The translations under genes were made by a program, and so were the position numbers. 64,000 nt of DNA from Candidatus Kapaibacterium sp. (lineage in GTDB: Bacteria; Bacteroidota; Ignavibacteria; Kapaibacteriales; UBA2268): contig OY762428.1 of assembly GCA_963665665.1 (NCBI GenBank), positions 704,001-768,000 of the forward strand, written 5' to 3'. The notes under the pieces were generated by a model. That model did no database searches. It was not told where the DNA came from and was given only the letters and a program-made list of their open reading frames with translations. How positions within the stretch are numbered: position 1 is the first letter of the stretch; every line of letters begins with the position of its first letter. This document shows positions 36,869-47,273 of the stretch, one piece after another.

Positions 36869-39049
36869 ATGGCTATTCTTTACCCAGATTGGAACACAAT
36901 TTATAAATTACATCAGAAACCAACAGCTGGTGAATTGCATTTATTGCATTATCTTGATGATAATTTAGATGATGATTATGAAATATTTTTTCAGGCAAAT
37001 ATTAATGGGGATAGGCCGGATATTGTGTTAATGAGAAATAATTCCGGTGTATTAATTATTGAGGTAAAGGATTGGAATTTGAATTCTTATAGGAATCAAA
37101 ACGGTGAGTGGTATGTAAAAAAAGATGGCAGGGAATATTTGAAACTATCACCTTTTGAGCAAGTTAAAAAATACAAAGAAAACCTGTACGATTTGAACGT
37201 ACCTTCATTGCTTGAAAAAAACATCAAAAATTCAAAAATGTTTTCAGTTGTTGGATGTTCTGTTTATTTCCATAATGCCAATAAAGAGCTGCTAAATAAA
37301 TTTCTTAATAACGAGAATTTAGATAATAAAAAATTTATACGTATCTTCTGTAAAGAAGAGCTAACAAAATATTTTTTGAATAACCGAATTCTATCTAAAT
37401 ATTACTTAAACAGACAATCAAAGTTATTTAGTGATGACTTATATGATGAATTCAAGAGGATGCTCAAACCACCTTTCCACACAATGGATGAGGGCATAGA
37501 TATTAAATATTCAAAGGAACAGCAACTTTTAATAAAAAGCTCCGAAGTTCATCAGAAAATAAAGGGAGTAGCTGGATCAGGAAAGACTGTTGTATTAGCC
37601 AAAAGAGCAGTCAATGCTCATCTCAGAACCCGAGAAAAAGTATTGATATTATGTTATAATATTACTTTACCGAACTATATTCATGATCTTATCAGTAAGG
37701 TAAGAGAAAATTTCGATTGGCAAAACTTCGAAATTTCAAATTATCACCAATTTATTAGTAGTTCATTAAATAATTTGGGAATTTCTCCGAAGCATCTATT
37801 CTTAGAATATGTTAGAAACGATAGCATTTTAGAAAAATATTGGGAAGACTTCCCTGATTTTAACAATTTTCTAATTTATCTCAGAGAAAAAATTGGACAT
37901 GATAAAGTGTCGGAGATTTGGGAAAAAGCAATTTACTCGAATCAAGAGCTTTTTGCAAAAATTACTTCTTCTAACATTGAATCTGATGATCAACCTGATG
38001 GTGAAAATACTAAAAAAATAGAAAGATACAATTGTATTTTAATTGATGAAGTTCAGGATTATAGCTATAAATGGCTTGAAATTCTCAAAAATAATTTTTT
38101 GGATCCAAATGGTGAATACGTACTGTTTGGAGATGAAAAACAAAATATCTACGGAAGGGAATTAGATTTTGAAAAATTAACAAAAACAAATGTGAAAGGT
38201 AAATGGAACAGATCACTAAATAAAACATATAGAATTCAGGAAAAAATTGCAAAATTAGCTTCAGAATTTCAGGATATTTTTTTCAAGAACTATACCCCGG
38301 AAATAATATTACCAACCAATCAATTAGATCTGTTTGGAAATTTTAACCTAAATATTGAGTATTATGAATACAATCGTTTCGATTATACCAGTATTTCAAA
38401 TTTTATTATAAATTATATTAAATCAAATCAGATACATTCCAATGATGTTTGTTTATTGGGAACTCATGTCCGTCCATTAAGGCAGATTGATTATTATTAC
38501 CGAAATAATTGCAGGGAAAAAACTACTACTACTTTTGAAACAGAGGAAATCTACAAATTACTTTTCAAACAAAAGATTCAACAAAAAAATTGGAATTCAA
38601 ATGTTAATCCAAAGCCATCTTATCTTGAAGATGATTTGCAAATTGCCTTAAGGAAGGTAATTGATAAGCTTGATTTAAAAGAAAATGAATCCCAAAATGA
38701 TGTCTCAATTATTGAAAAACCCAATAATACGAGAATCGATGAATTAGTAGATGTAATTACTCCTCGAATCGAATTGGAGATAGAAAAAATTAGAAAAAAT
38801 AAAAAATTCAACTTTTGGATGGATTCTGGCCATTTCAAAATCTCAACGGTACATAGTTTTAAGGGCTGGGAGATCCCCGTTTTGTTTTTATTACTTGACC
38901 CATCAATCAATAAATATCCAAAACATGAATTGATCTATACAGCACTGACGAGATGCAAATTTAATTTAGTTATTATAAATATGGGATCAAGGATTTATAA
39001 TGACTTCTTCAAAGAATACGCTGATATTGTTGAACAAATTGAGGAGTAG
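36869..39049 (+). CDS. NERD nuclease fused to a UvrD-like SF1 helicase
   Basis: GE...RPDIVL...IIEVKDW (NERD); GVAGSGKT, DEVQD, GDEKQ, STVHSFKGWE, YTALTR. Confidence 0.88.
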   Translation: MAILYPDWNTIYKLHQKPTAGELHLLHYLDDNLDDDYEIFFQANINGDRPDIVLMRNNSGVLIIEVKDWNLNSYRNQNGEWYVKKDGREYLKLSPFEQVKKYKENLYDLNVPSLLEKNIKNSKMFSVVGCSVYFHNANKELLNKFLNNENLDNKKFIRIFCKEELTKYFLNNRILSKYYLNRQSKLFSDDLYDEFKRMLKPPFHTMDEGIDIKYSKEQQLLIKSSEVHQKIKGVAGSGKTVVLAKRAVNAHLRTREKVLILCYNITLPNYIHDLISKVRENFDWQNFEISNYHQFISSSLNNLGISPKHLFLEYVRNDSILEKYWEDFPDFNNFLIYLREKIGHDKVSEIWEKAIYSNQELFAKITSSNIESDDQPDGENTKKIERYNCILIDEVQDYSYKWLEILKNNFLDPNGEYVLFGDEKQNIYGRELDFEKLTKTNVKGKWNRSLNKTYRIQEKIAKLASEFQDIFFKNYTPEIILPTNQLDLFGNFNLNIEYYEYNRFDYTSISNFIINYIKSNQIHSNDVCLLGTHVRPLRQIDYYYRNNCREKTTTTFETEEIYKLLFKQKIQQKNWNSNVNPKPSYLEDDLQIALRKVIDKLDLKENESQNDVSIIEKPNNTRIDELVDVITPRIELEIEKIRKNKKFNFWMDSGHFKISTVHSFKGWEIPVLFLLLDPSINKYPKHELIYTALTRCKFNLVIINMGSRIYNDFFKEYADIVEQIEE

Positions 39050-39100
39050 AAGAATGCTTTGTGATATAATGATGCTAACTATAAGTTTAAAAATATTTAT

Positions 39101-40096
39101 TTACTGCAATTCAAAAAACTTAGATTTTATTTCTCCATTTGCGCTGTAATAATCCCCGATATAATCAGAGTTTAGCCCTGAGTTAGTATTATCTTTCATT
39201 TTTTTCAAGTCAGATATTTGTCTTTTAATTTCATTCAAATGATTGAGCATTCTTTCCGGATTGATTCTAATATTGGACTCCAGATTCATCTCAATTTCAC
39301 TATTATTCTTTAACCTTCCATCCTGGGATAATGATTGAAGTGTATGATTCATATTTATTCGGAAATTGTTAGTTATCATAAATCGGTCATTAATAATTTT
39401 GTTCTTAATTAATAAAACTGATATTTTCATCGAACCCCTTTTTTTATCCTGCAAATTATCAATAATAATGTTGTAAATTCTTTGGGCATCAGAAATTGCT
39501 TTGCTATCAAACAAAGTTGAAATTAACAAGATCTCTGAATTTGATGAAAATATTTCGGAATTCAAAAGAACAATGACATTGTTTTTTATCGTCTCTTCAT
39601 CTTTCAAAAGATAAGGATCGTAAATAATTGCTTCATTGCAAAGTAAGATGTCTTTGTAATTATTCCAATTAAAAATATTATCTCTCTTTTCACCAAAATA
39701 TTCAATAACTTCCGGCTCTACAAATTTCTCAAAAAGATTAATAAAACGTTCAAAATTAAATATTATAAATCCGGTTTTGCTTTCAATATTATTGATAAAG
39801 CTATGAGGCTGCTTGATAAAATAGATTTTAAATAAATTATCCTTTTCGAAAAAATTTTTTGGAAGGAAACAACCTTTAACTTTATCTTCTGTATTCAATT
39901 TCGGTGGATCTTCAAATAACCGAATTATTTCATCAGACCTTTTTAATTTTTCATTATAAAATATATTGATTTTTTGTTTGTTGTTGTTATAAAATCGGCG
40001 AAATAAATAGAATATATCATTTTCAGAAGAATATTTTAAGTTCAGTATCTCCCTGAAAATATCCGGTTGGAAGTAATAATCATATTTTATTTCCAT
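39101..40096 (-). CDS. Hypothetical protein, partner of the ATPase; possible degenerate PLD-like C-terminal domain
   Basis: IIYDPYLL...NDRFMITN resembles DxY...HDRxxxTN proteins; starts 1 bp after the ATPase stop. Confidence 0.6.
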   Translation of the reverse strand: MEIKYDYYFQPDIFREILNLKYSSENDIFYLFRRFYNNNKQKINIFYNEKLKRSDEIIRLFEDPPKLNTEDKVKGCFLPKNFFEKDNLFKIYFIKQPHSFINNIESKTGFIIFNFERFINLFEKFVEPEVIEYFGEKRDNIFNWNNYKDILLCNEAIIYDPYLLKDEETIKNNVIVLLNSEIFSSNSEILLISTLFDSKAISDAQRIYNIIIDNLQDKKRGSMKISVLLIKNKIINDRFMITNNFRINMNHTLQSLSQDGRLKNNSEIEMNLESNIRINPERMLNHLNEIKRQISDLKKMKDNTNSGLNSDYIGDYYSANGEIKSKFFELQ

Positions 40097-40097
40097 A

Positions 40098-41825
40098 TCA
40101 ATTATCGCTTTCTAAATCCCAAAGTGATGAAATCAATCGGGAAGCTTCATCAAAAAAGCCTTCTCCGAAATCAGGGTTTAATCTGCCATTTTTATCAATT
40201 TTTATTTCTGTTATATAATCACTTTTTTTAGGATCGTTACCAAAATAATAAATTGAAATATCTTCTTTTTTCAATATTCCTTTTGCAACAAGATACTGAA
40301 ATTTTCTGATTAGGTATTCGCTATGCGTTTCGATAATAAATTGATTTTTAGAAGAATGAGACGGACTATTAGATTTATCTAAAACATCAACAAAGAAATC
40401 AGCTAATCGGGATTGTAGTGCAGGATGCAGGTTTGATTCAGGCTCCTCAATCCATTGTATTTTATCATAAGCTATACTTCCTTTTGAGCTGAAAATAATA
40501 TTTAATATTAAAGAAATGATGCTATTAATACCGAAACCTTCATCTTTCAAATTGATCTTTTTACCATTTTTTAATAAAAATATCACTTTCCCATAACCTT
40601 CAATATCACGAAATTCGATCCCGTCAGATATTTTAAAAAACTTAAGCCATTTTTCCCAATCTTCAATATCAGATTGGCTTAAATTACTTAAAGAGCGACA
40701 ACCTGAAGGAAGAAAATCTGAAATAAAATCTCTATTTGATAATATCCTTTCTTCGATGTGTTTTGGCTTTATAGTATTGCCAATTTCGTTAAAACTTATT
40801 AAATCAATAAAATATTCAATTCTAGTAAAAATTGATTCGAAGAATTCCGAAACTTCACCTGCTTGTTCTATGTAGAAATTTTGAATATTATTATTAAATT
40901 GTGATAAAATCATATCTTTTTTAAAATAATATTCATCATTAATTTTAACTTTATTTCTGAATATCTGATGAAATTCATGAGCCAGACCACATTCCTCAGC
41001 AAATGTTGATAAATTAAATAATTGAAAAACATTCATATGGGCATTAGTGTTGGGTTGTAGCAAATCAAATCTATTCAAAGTGATCATTTCCAAATCACCA
41101 TTGATCTCAATTACTTCCGGAAATTCGAGTCCGAACTTATTTATGTCTATAGGATCAATGAACCATGAAAAATTAAAAAATGGCTTATAGTTGATTAATT
41201 GGATATAATCAGGTATTTCTATTTCTTTGTCAAATGTCTTTATATATTTGTCTGATTTGTTTATATAATCAGGTATATAATCAAAATCTCTAAAAAATGA
41301 ATTCCTAAAATCTGATGAAGTAAAATCTGATTTCAAATTAATAATAAAATCATAGTTTATAAAAAATTTTTCGAAATCAATGTTTTTACTTTCCGTATCA
41401 GCCGCTATAGAAAATATTGGAATCATTTCATTTTCGCTAAAACAGCTTAATTGAAATTCAATGAGTTCCAATTTATATTTACCTTCAATATGATAAATAT
41501 ATCTATAATTAAATTGATTAATTATACAATTATTAAAAATAATTTTATCATCATGATGAGTTATTGAAACTTCAAGCTCCAAATTATCCTCATCAATATT
41601 ATTTGATCTTATATCGCTGATAGTACCCAGACTTACATTTTCAAGATCAATCATGGATAATGCAGATAACTTCTGTGGCGTAAACACATTAAATAATCGT
41701 TGTACATTTGTTTTTCCGCTTCCATTTGGGCCGGTAAAAATGGTTATTGGTGAAAATTTAAAGTCAGCTTTTTTCCCATTCATTCCGAATGTTTTAAAAT
41801 TCTTTATATTTATGCCACTTATCAT
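40098..41825 (-). CDS. ABC-type (AAA_15/AAA_21) ATPase with DUF3696-like C-terminus
   Basis: IKNFKTF, GPNGSGKT, GFGIN, IEEPESNLHP, IIETHSEY, IDKNGRL...GFFDE. Confidence 0.85.
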   Translation of the reverse strand: MISGINIKNFKTFGMNGKKADFKFSPITIFTGPNGSGKTNVQRLFNVFTPQKLSALSMIDLENVSLGTISDIRSNNIDEDNLELEVSITHHDDKIIFNNCIINQFNYRYIYHIEGKYKLELIEFQLSCFSENEMIPIFSIAADTESKNIDFEKFFINYDFIINLKSDFTSSDFRNSFFRDFDYIPDYINKSDKYIKTFDKEIEIPDYIQLINYKPFFNFSWFIDPIDINKFGLEFPEVIEINGDLEMITLNRFDLLQPNTNAHMNVFQLFNLSTFAEECGLAHEFHQIFRNKVKINDEYYFKKDMILSQFNNNIQNFYIEQAGEVSEFFESIFTRIEYFIDLISFNEIGNTIKPKHIEERILSNRDFISDFLPSGCRSLSNLSQSDIEDWEKWLKFFKISDGIEFRDIEGYGKVIFLLKNGKKINLKDEGFGINSIISLILNIIFSSKGSIAYDKIQWIEEPESNLHPALQSRLADFFVDVLDKSNSPSHSSKNQFIIETHSEYLIRKFQYLVAKGILKKEDISIYYFGNDPKKSDYITEIKIDKNGRLNPDFGEGFFDEASRLISSLWDLESDN

Positions 41826-41934
41826 TATATTACCACAAATTAAATGTTAATTTCGTTCATTATGCAAGATAAATCTTTCTCAAATGATTTCAAAGTCATA
41901 TCAAATTTGATTATATTTTTTTAAAAGCTGGACA

Positions 41935-42471
41935 ATGCTTATCAAGAGAATAACATATGACATAATTTACATTGTGAATATTTCATTTGTTGCCGATACA
42001 AGTTTCAGCACATTAAGCTATAACTTTATAAATGGCGGTGGAGAAGAATACAGGGTTATGTTCCTTCTGAAACGAGGATTGAACAGCTATACCGAAAGCC
42101 TGATTGTCAATCCTGACCTTGATAACGAAAGTTCTGCAAAACGCCCGATGTTTGTTTCACTCGTAAACCTGGGCGACAATGTAAACGAGTATGAAAACAA
42201 AATTTATCTCGGACTTCACCCCAACCCTGCCGAAGATGTTGTTTATATCACGGCATTTACTCCGGCTTCTTCTGATGAAAACCGCCTAATAAATATTGAG
42301 ATAGTCAATCAGCTTGGCTCTGTAGTATTTAAAACAAAAGCTCGTCCCGGAGAAGAATTAAGAGTAGCTCTTGATGATATTCCAAACGGATTATATTACG
42401 TCCGTTCTTCGATTAATTCCGGTACTCATGGGTTTATGCCCGGCGTTAAGACATTGATAATAGAAAGGTAA
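41935..42471 (+). pseudogene. C-terminal remnant of a T9SS-secreted protein
   Basis: LHPNPAEDVV...NQLG...IPNGLYYVR CTD but no signal peptide; in-frame stop 27 bp upstream of the ATG. Confidence 0.55.
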
Positions 42472-42490
42472 TAGTTCGATAATTTTATTG

Positions 42491-42519
42491 AAGCCGGGAA
42501 GAAATTCCCGGCTTTTTTT
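42491..42519 (+). terminator. Intrinsic terminator, copy 2 of the 29-bp direct repeat
   Basis: AAGCCGGGAAGAAATTCCCGGC followed by T7, identical to 36636-36664. Confidence 0.85.
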
Positions 42520-42609
42520 GTACATTTTAAATAATCCAGGGTTCAATTATTAGATTATGCTAAAAAATGTACTGAAAATGTTTATGGAATATTTGAGTAA
42601 AAAGAAGGA

Positions 42610-42642
42610 AAGCCTTTGTAAATTATTGTATTACAAAGGCTT
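42610..42642. terminator. Hairpin downstream of tRNA-Lys, inside the element end
   Basis: AAGCCTTTGTAA-ATTATTGTA-TTACAAAGGCTT. Confidence 0.55.
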
Positions 42643-42656
42643 AGTGTTTTGTTTTG

Positions 42657-42729
42657 TGATCCCGGCAGGACTCGAACCTGCGGCCCTTTGATTAAAAGTC
42701 AAATGCTCTACCACCTGAGCTACGAGATC
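42657..42729 (-). tRNA. tRNA-Lys(TTT), integration target
   Basis: GATCTCG acceptor stem pairs with CGGGATC; anticodon loop CTTTTAA; GGTTCGAGTCC T arm; CCA not encoded. Confidence 0.96.
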
Positions 42730-42822
42730 ATCAAAAGAACGAGCACAAATATACGACTATTTATAATACTATGCAAGTCTTTTTTTGTTTTTGTGCATTT
42801 TCTTTAAGTTTTTCAATGTGCG

Positions 42823-42897
42823 TGGGCCCTGCGTGATTTGAACACGCGACCTCTACCGTGTCGAGGTAGCGCTCTGGACCAGCTGAGCTAAGAGCCC
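42823..42897 (-). tRNA. tRNA-Val(GAC)
   Basis: GGGCTCT/AGGGCCC acceptor stem; CTACC-TCGACAC-GGTAG anticodon arm; GTTCAAAT T loop. Confidence 0.94.
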
Positions 42898-42953
42898 CAA
42901 GAACAAGACTAACAATATAATGCCATTATATTGGCCTTGCAAGAAAATTTCAA

Positions 42954-43514
42954 TTAATCATCCATCAATTCTTTTTCTTTGGCATCGAGGATTTCATCAA
43001 TTTTTTTGACGAATTCATCAGTTATCTTTTGAACTTCATCTTCGCCCCATTTACGGTCATCTTCGGAGAAATCCTTATTTTTTTCTCCTTTTTTCAAAGC
43101 ATCCATCTGATCCCGGCGAATTGAACGAACAGCTATTTTACCGTCTTCTGCATACTTCTTAGTCATTTTAACGAATTCGCGACGTCTCTCTTCTGTAAGA
43201 GGCGGAACAGAAATACGGATCACATTGCCGTCATTCTGTGGATTAAACCCAAGATCAGCCTGTTGGATAGCTTTTTCAATTACCTGAATGGTATTACGAT
43301 CCCATGGCTGAATCATGATTGTTCTTGCATCAGGTGCTGATACAGTAGCCATTTGTGAAATAGGTGTAATTGTTCCGTAAAAGTCGGCTTTTACATCATC
43401 AACCAAAGAAGTAGAAGCTCTACCGGTTCTGACTTTTGATATCTGGCTTTTACAATATTCCAGGGATTTGTCCATTGCGGCCCTGGCGCCGTCAAGAATT
43501 TCCATCACATCCAT
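42954..43514 (-). CDS. frr: Ribosome recycling factor
   Basis: RTGRAS, NPQNDG, PPLTEERR, RSIRRD. Confidence 0.97.
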   Translation of the reverse strand: MDVMEILDGARAAMDKSLEYCKSQISKVRTGRASTSLVDDVKADFYGTITPISQMATVSAPDARTIMIQPWDRNTIQVIEKAIQQADLGFNPQNDGNVIRISVPPLTEERRREFVKMTKKYAEDGKIAVRSIRRDQMDALKKGEKNKDFSEDDRKWGEDEVQKITDEFVKKIDEILDAKEKELMDD

Positions 43515-43530
43515 GACTTATCCTGATAAA

Positions 43531-44247
43531 TTATTTCATATCAACTATTGTTCCAATATCATCCCCGATCAACAGGCGTTTCAGATTGCCTTTTTCAAGT
43601 ATATTGAAAACAACGATCGGAAGATCGTTTTCTTTGCAAAGTGTAATTGCAGTTTGGTCCATTACGCGAAGATTTTTCTCAATTACCTCGTTGAACGAAA
43701 TATTGTCATACCTTCTGGCAGATTCGTTCTTTTCGGGGTCGCTGTCATAAACACCTGAAACCCTGGTACCTTTGATAATAACTTCTGCGTCAATTTCTAT
43801 AGCCCTGAGAACAGCAGCTGTATCGGTTGTGAAATAAGGGCTTCCAATACCGGCGGCAAAAAGTACAACCCTGTTTTTTTCAAGGTGGCGTATCGCACGT
43901 CGGCGTATAAAAGGTTCGGCTATTTCACGCATTTCAATTGCTGACTGAAGCCTGGTTGCGACACCAACCGCTTCAAGTGCATTCTGGAATGCTATACAGT
44001 TCATTACTGTTGCAAGCATACCCATGTGGTCGCCTGAAACTTTGTGAATTCCATGTGCTGCTGCCTGAATTCCCCGAAATATATTGCCACCGCCAATTAC
44101 AATACCGATTTGAGCGCCGAGGCTATATACCTCGGCGATCTCTTCGGCAAAAGACTTAAGCATTTCGGGGTCAATCCCGAATTGCTGGCGGCCCATCAGG
44201 GCTTCACCGCTTAATTTTAATAATAATCTATTGTACTTAAGTCCCAT
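43531..44247 (-). CDS. pyrH: UMP kinase
   Basis: [32 protein letters not shown]. Confidence 0.97.
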   Translation of the reverse strand: MGLKYNRLLLKLSGEALMGRQQFGIDPEMLKSFAEEIAEVYSLGAQIGIVIGGGNIFRGIQAAAHGIHKVSGDHMGMLATVMNCIAFQNALEAVGVATRLQSAIEMREIAEPFIRRRAIRHLEKNRVVLFAAGIGSPYFTTDTAAVLRAIEIDAEVIIKGTRVSGVYDSDPEKNESARRYDNISFNEVIEKNLRVMDQTAITLCKENDLPIVVFNILEKGNLKRLLIGDDIGTIVDMK

Positions 44248-44258
44248 TTCAAATCCAA

Positions 44259-45116
44259 TTATTCTTCGCCAAGGAAATAACGGCGGAATTTTGTAATCTT
44301 AACTTCACTGCCACATTCGTTAGAGATTTCTTTAAGAACATCAGAAATTTTCTTTTTTGAATCTTTAACGAATACCTGTTCTACAAGGCACTGTTCCTGG
44401 AAGAATTTACCAAGTTTACCTTCGGCAATTCTTTCAGCTATATCAGCGGGTTTCCCGGAATCAACAGCCTGCTGAATGTAAATCTCTTTTTCTTTTGCAA
44501 GAACATCGGCAGAAACTTCATCGCGGGTGATAAACATAGGATTCATTGCAGCTATCTGCATTGCAATATCCCTTGTCAGCGCTTTTGAATTATCATTTAG
44601 TTCTGCTGCAGTAACTTCAAGAAGAACGGCAAGTTTATTTCCTGCATGGATATATGCTTCGATATAACCTTCAGTAGTAACTTTTTCGAATCTGCGGATA
44701 CCGATATTTTCACTGAATTTTGCAAGAATTTCATTATGAAGGCCTTCAACAGTATCATTATCAACAGAAACTTTCATCAAATCTTCTACAGTTGCTGCAT
44801 CACTGCTAAGAGCAGCCCGGCAAACCTGGTTAGAATATTTTTCAAATTCTGCATTTTTTCCAACAAAGTCTGTTTCGCAGTTAACTTCTACTATGGCTGC
44901 TGCTTTGCTGTCATCATTAACCATAGCAATAACACAACCTTCTTTAGCAGCGCGGTCAGCCCTTTTAGCTGCTGAAGCAGCGCCTTTTTTGCGGAGAAAT
45001 TCGATGGCTGCCTGAAGATCGCCATCTGTATCTACAAGTGCTTTCTTGCAGTCTCCCATGCCGGCTCCGGTTTTTTCTCTGAGCTCTTTGACCATTTGTG
45101 GAGTGATCTGTGCCAT
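44259..45116 (-). CDS. tsf: Elongation factor Ts
   Basis: [28 protein letters not shown]. Confidence 0.97.
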   Translation of the reverse strand: MAQITPQMVKELREKTGAGMGDCKKALVDTDGDLQAAIEFLRKKGAASAAKRADRAAKEGCVIAMVNDDSKAAAIVEVNCETDFVGKNAEFEKYSNQVCRAALSSDAATVEDLMKVSVDNDTVEGLHNEILAKFSENIGIRRFEKVTTEGYIEAYIHAGNKLAVLLEVTAAELNDNSKALTRDIAMQIAAMNPMFITRDEVSADVLAKEKEIYIQQAVDSGKPADIAERIAEGKLGKFFQEQCLVEQVFVKDSKKKISDVLKEISNECGSEVKITKFRRYFLGEE

Positions 45117-45171
45117 TATAGTTATTCCATTTATAATTAATAATTATTTGTCATTTTATCCCGAAACAACT

Positions 45172-46035
45172 TTATTCTGCTGAATCAGCTTTTGCTTCTT
45201 CTTTGTTTTCAGTAGTTTCTTCGTTATCTGATTTTTTGCCTTTACGTTCACGCATTTTCCTGCGAACAACCGGAACTTCTTCCTTATTCTCTGTTTCGTT
45301 TTCTTTTGTTTCCCTGTCGCTGCCAGCGCTGAGTTCAGCCATTCTTGCTTTTGCAATCTGAGTACCTTCGTTAATTGCTTCGGCAAGGATTTTTGTAACG
45401 AGTTCTACAGTTCTGATCGAATCGTCATTAGCCGGTATCGGATAATCAACCAGTTCCGGGTCGGCATTTGTATCAACAATTGCTATAACAGGAATTCCAA
45501 GGATCTTTGCTTCTTTAATAGCAAGGTGTTCCTTTTTAATATCTACAACGAAAAGAGCTCCCGGGAGCCTTGTCATATCTTCAATTCCACCGAAGAATTT
45601 GCGAAGTCTTTCGCGTTCGCGGCCGAGCATGAGCCTTTCTTTCTTGGTGATTTTTTCAAAAGTACCGTCAACTTCCATTTTATCGATTGCGCTAAGTCTT
45701 TTGATTGATTTACGAATTGTCTGGAAATTAGTAAGCATACCGCCAAGCCAGCGTTCAGATACGAAATTCATACTGCAGCTTTTTGCCTGTTCTTCTATTG
45801 TGGCTTTGCTCTGGCTTTTTGTTCCAACAAAAAGGACAATTTTGCCTTTTGATGCAATGTCGTAAATCACTTCTCTTGCTATGTCGATAAGGACTTGGGT
45901 TTTCCTAAGGTCGATTATGTGAATGCCGTTTCTTTCACTGAAAATGAACTGTTGCATTTTAGGATTCCAACGACGTGTCAGGTGGCCAAAGTGGGCTCCT
46001 GCTTCCAACAATTTTTCAATTGATGCGTAATGCAT
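45172..46035 (-). CDS. rpsB: 30S ribosomal protein S2
   Basis: [30 protein letters not shown]; true start ATG at 46035 after AGGAGA (the track's upstream extension is leader). Confidence 0.96.
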   Translation of the reverse strand: MHYASIEKLLEAGAHFGHLTRRWNPKMQQFIFSERNGIHIIDLRKTQVLIDIAREVIYDIASKGKIVLFVGTKSQSKATIEEQAKSCSMNFVSERWLGGMLTNFQTIRKSIKRLSAIDKMEVDGTFEKITKKERLMLGRERERLRKFFGGIEDMTRLPGALFVVDIKKEHLAIKEAKILGIPVIAIVDTNADPELVDYPIPANDDSIRTVELVTKILAEAINEGTQIAKARMAELSAGSDRETKENETENKEEVPVVRRKMRERKGKKSDNEETTENKEEAKADSAE

Positions 46036-46180
46036 TTGTTTCTCCTGTGTTGTCTCTTCTGTTCCCTTCTTCTCATCCTTAAAACATTTTGATGCCACAC
46101 CAGGATAATCCGGGAACATGATTTTTTAAAATTTTTAATTATTATATGCCGCAAAAGTGCTCTGTTCTGAAATAAAACGA

Positions 46181-46567
46181 TTAACGTTTAGAGAACTGGA
46201 AGCGTTTACGGGCTTTTTTCTGACCGTATTTTTTACGTTCAACCATCCTGGGGTCACGGGTTAACAAACCGTGCCTGCGAAGCCTTGAACGAAATTCTTC
46301 ATCGTATTGCAACAATGCCCTGGCGATACCAAGCTGCATAGCGCCTGTCTGGCCTGTCATGCCGCCGCCTTTAACTGTAACAAATACATCGAAGCTGGCG
46401 TTAAGGTCAAGAACTGTAAGCGGACGAATAGCTAAGGTACGGTTCAATTCAACAGGAAAGAATTCTTCAAACTCTCTCTTGTTTACTCTCACTTTGCCTG
46501 TGCCGTGAGTAAGGCGTACCTGTGCAATCGCATTTTTTCTCCTGCCAGTTGCTATATAAGCCTTCAT
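46181..46567 (-). CDS. rpsI: 30S ribosomal protein S9
   Basis: [19 protein letters not shown]...QFSKR. Confidence 0.98.
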   Translation of the reverse strand: MKAYIATGRRKNAIAQVRLTHGTGKVRVNKREFEEFFPVELNRTLAIRPLTVLDLNASFDVFVTVKGGGMTGQTGAMQLGIARALLQYDEEFRSRLRRHGLLTRDPRMVERKKYGQKKARKRFQFSKR

Positions 46568-46607
46568 CTAATAAGAACTCCAAATTTTATTGAAAAGAAT
46601 TTAATCA

Positions 46608-47054
46608 TTATTTAACGTCGAAAACTTCAGGTTTCTGAGCTGAATGAGGATGCTCGCTGCCTTTGTAAACTTTCAATTTCTTGAAAATCTGCCTGCCGAG
46701 TTTATTTTTCGGCAACATACCTTTTACGGAATGTTCGATAATGAATTCAGGATGTTCAATCAGCAAATCTTTAAATTTGCGGAATTTTTCCCTTCCGGGA
46801 TAACCGGAGTGCGAGAAATATTCTTTCTGCTGAATCCTTTTCCCTTTCATTTCAACTTTTTCCGCGTTAACAACGATGACAAAATCACCGCAGTCAACAT
46901 GTGGTGTGAACCAAGGCTTACCCTTGCCGCGTAATAATGTGGCAACATGGGTTGCAAGGCGTCCGACAGTCATACCTTCAGCGTCAATCAGCCACCAATT
47001 GCGCTCTACGTCTTCTTTTCTCATTGATCTGGTTATTTTTGCTGACGGTTCCAC
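46608..47054 (-). CDS. rplM: 50S ribosomal protein L13
   Basis: [33 protein letters not shown]; GTG start. Confidence 0.98.
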   Translation of the reverse strand: MEPSAKITRSMRKEDVERNWWLIDAEGMTVGRLATHVATLLRGKGKPWFTPHVDCGDFVIVVNAEKVEMKGKRIQQKEYFSHSGYPGREKFRKFKDLLIEHPEFIIEHSVKGMLPKNKLGRQIFKKLKVYKGSEHPHSAQKPEVFDVK

Positions 47055-47273
47055 GGAAAACTCCTATGTTAATAAAATCATTATAATAAATTTCTGCTAT
47101 ATAAGCAGTTGCAAAATTTAAATTTATTGCTCCGTCCCACGGGAGCAGCCCGGAAATCTTGCATACCGGACGTCATGCTCGGGTTAGACTTGCAAAATTA
47201 ATACTTTTTTGGGACTTAGAATAATTTTTATTGTGAATTTTTTAAAATTTTAGCAGATATTTATAAAATATTT

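Larger units (their letters stand above)
18713..42678. mobile_element. 23.9-kb tRNA-Lys-integrated element, phage-satellite/PICI-like defence island
   Basis: Direct att repeats, adjacent tyrosine integrase, excisionase-type HTH, P4/D5-type primase-helicase and defence cargo; TTTATGGAATAT repeated inside both ends (18861 and 42581). Confidence 0.9.

Noticed and set aside
18713-42678. Complete prophage or conjugative ICE
   Set aside because: No structural, terminase, lysis, relaxase or T4SS genes were recognised.
46036-46119. 28-aa N-terminal extension of S2 in the ORF track
   Set aside because: Homology starts at [13 protein letters not shown], which has its own AGGAGA; the upstream part is likely the rpsB leader.
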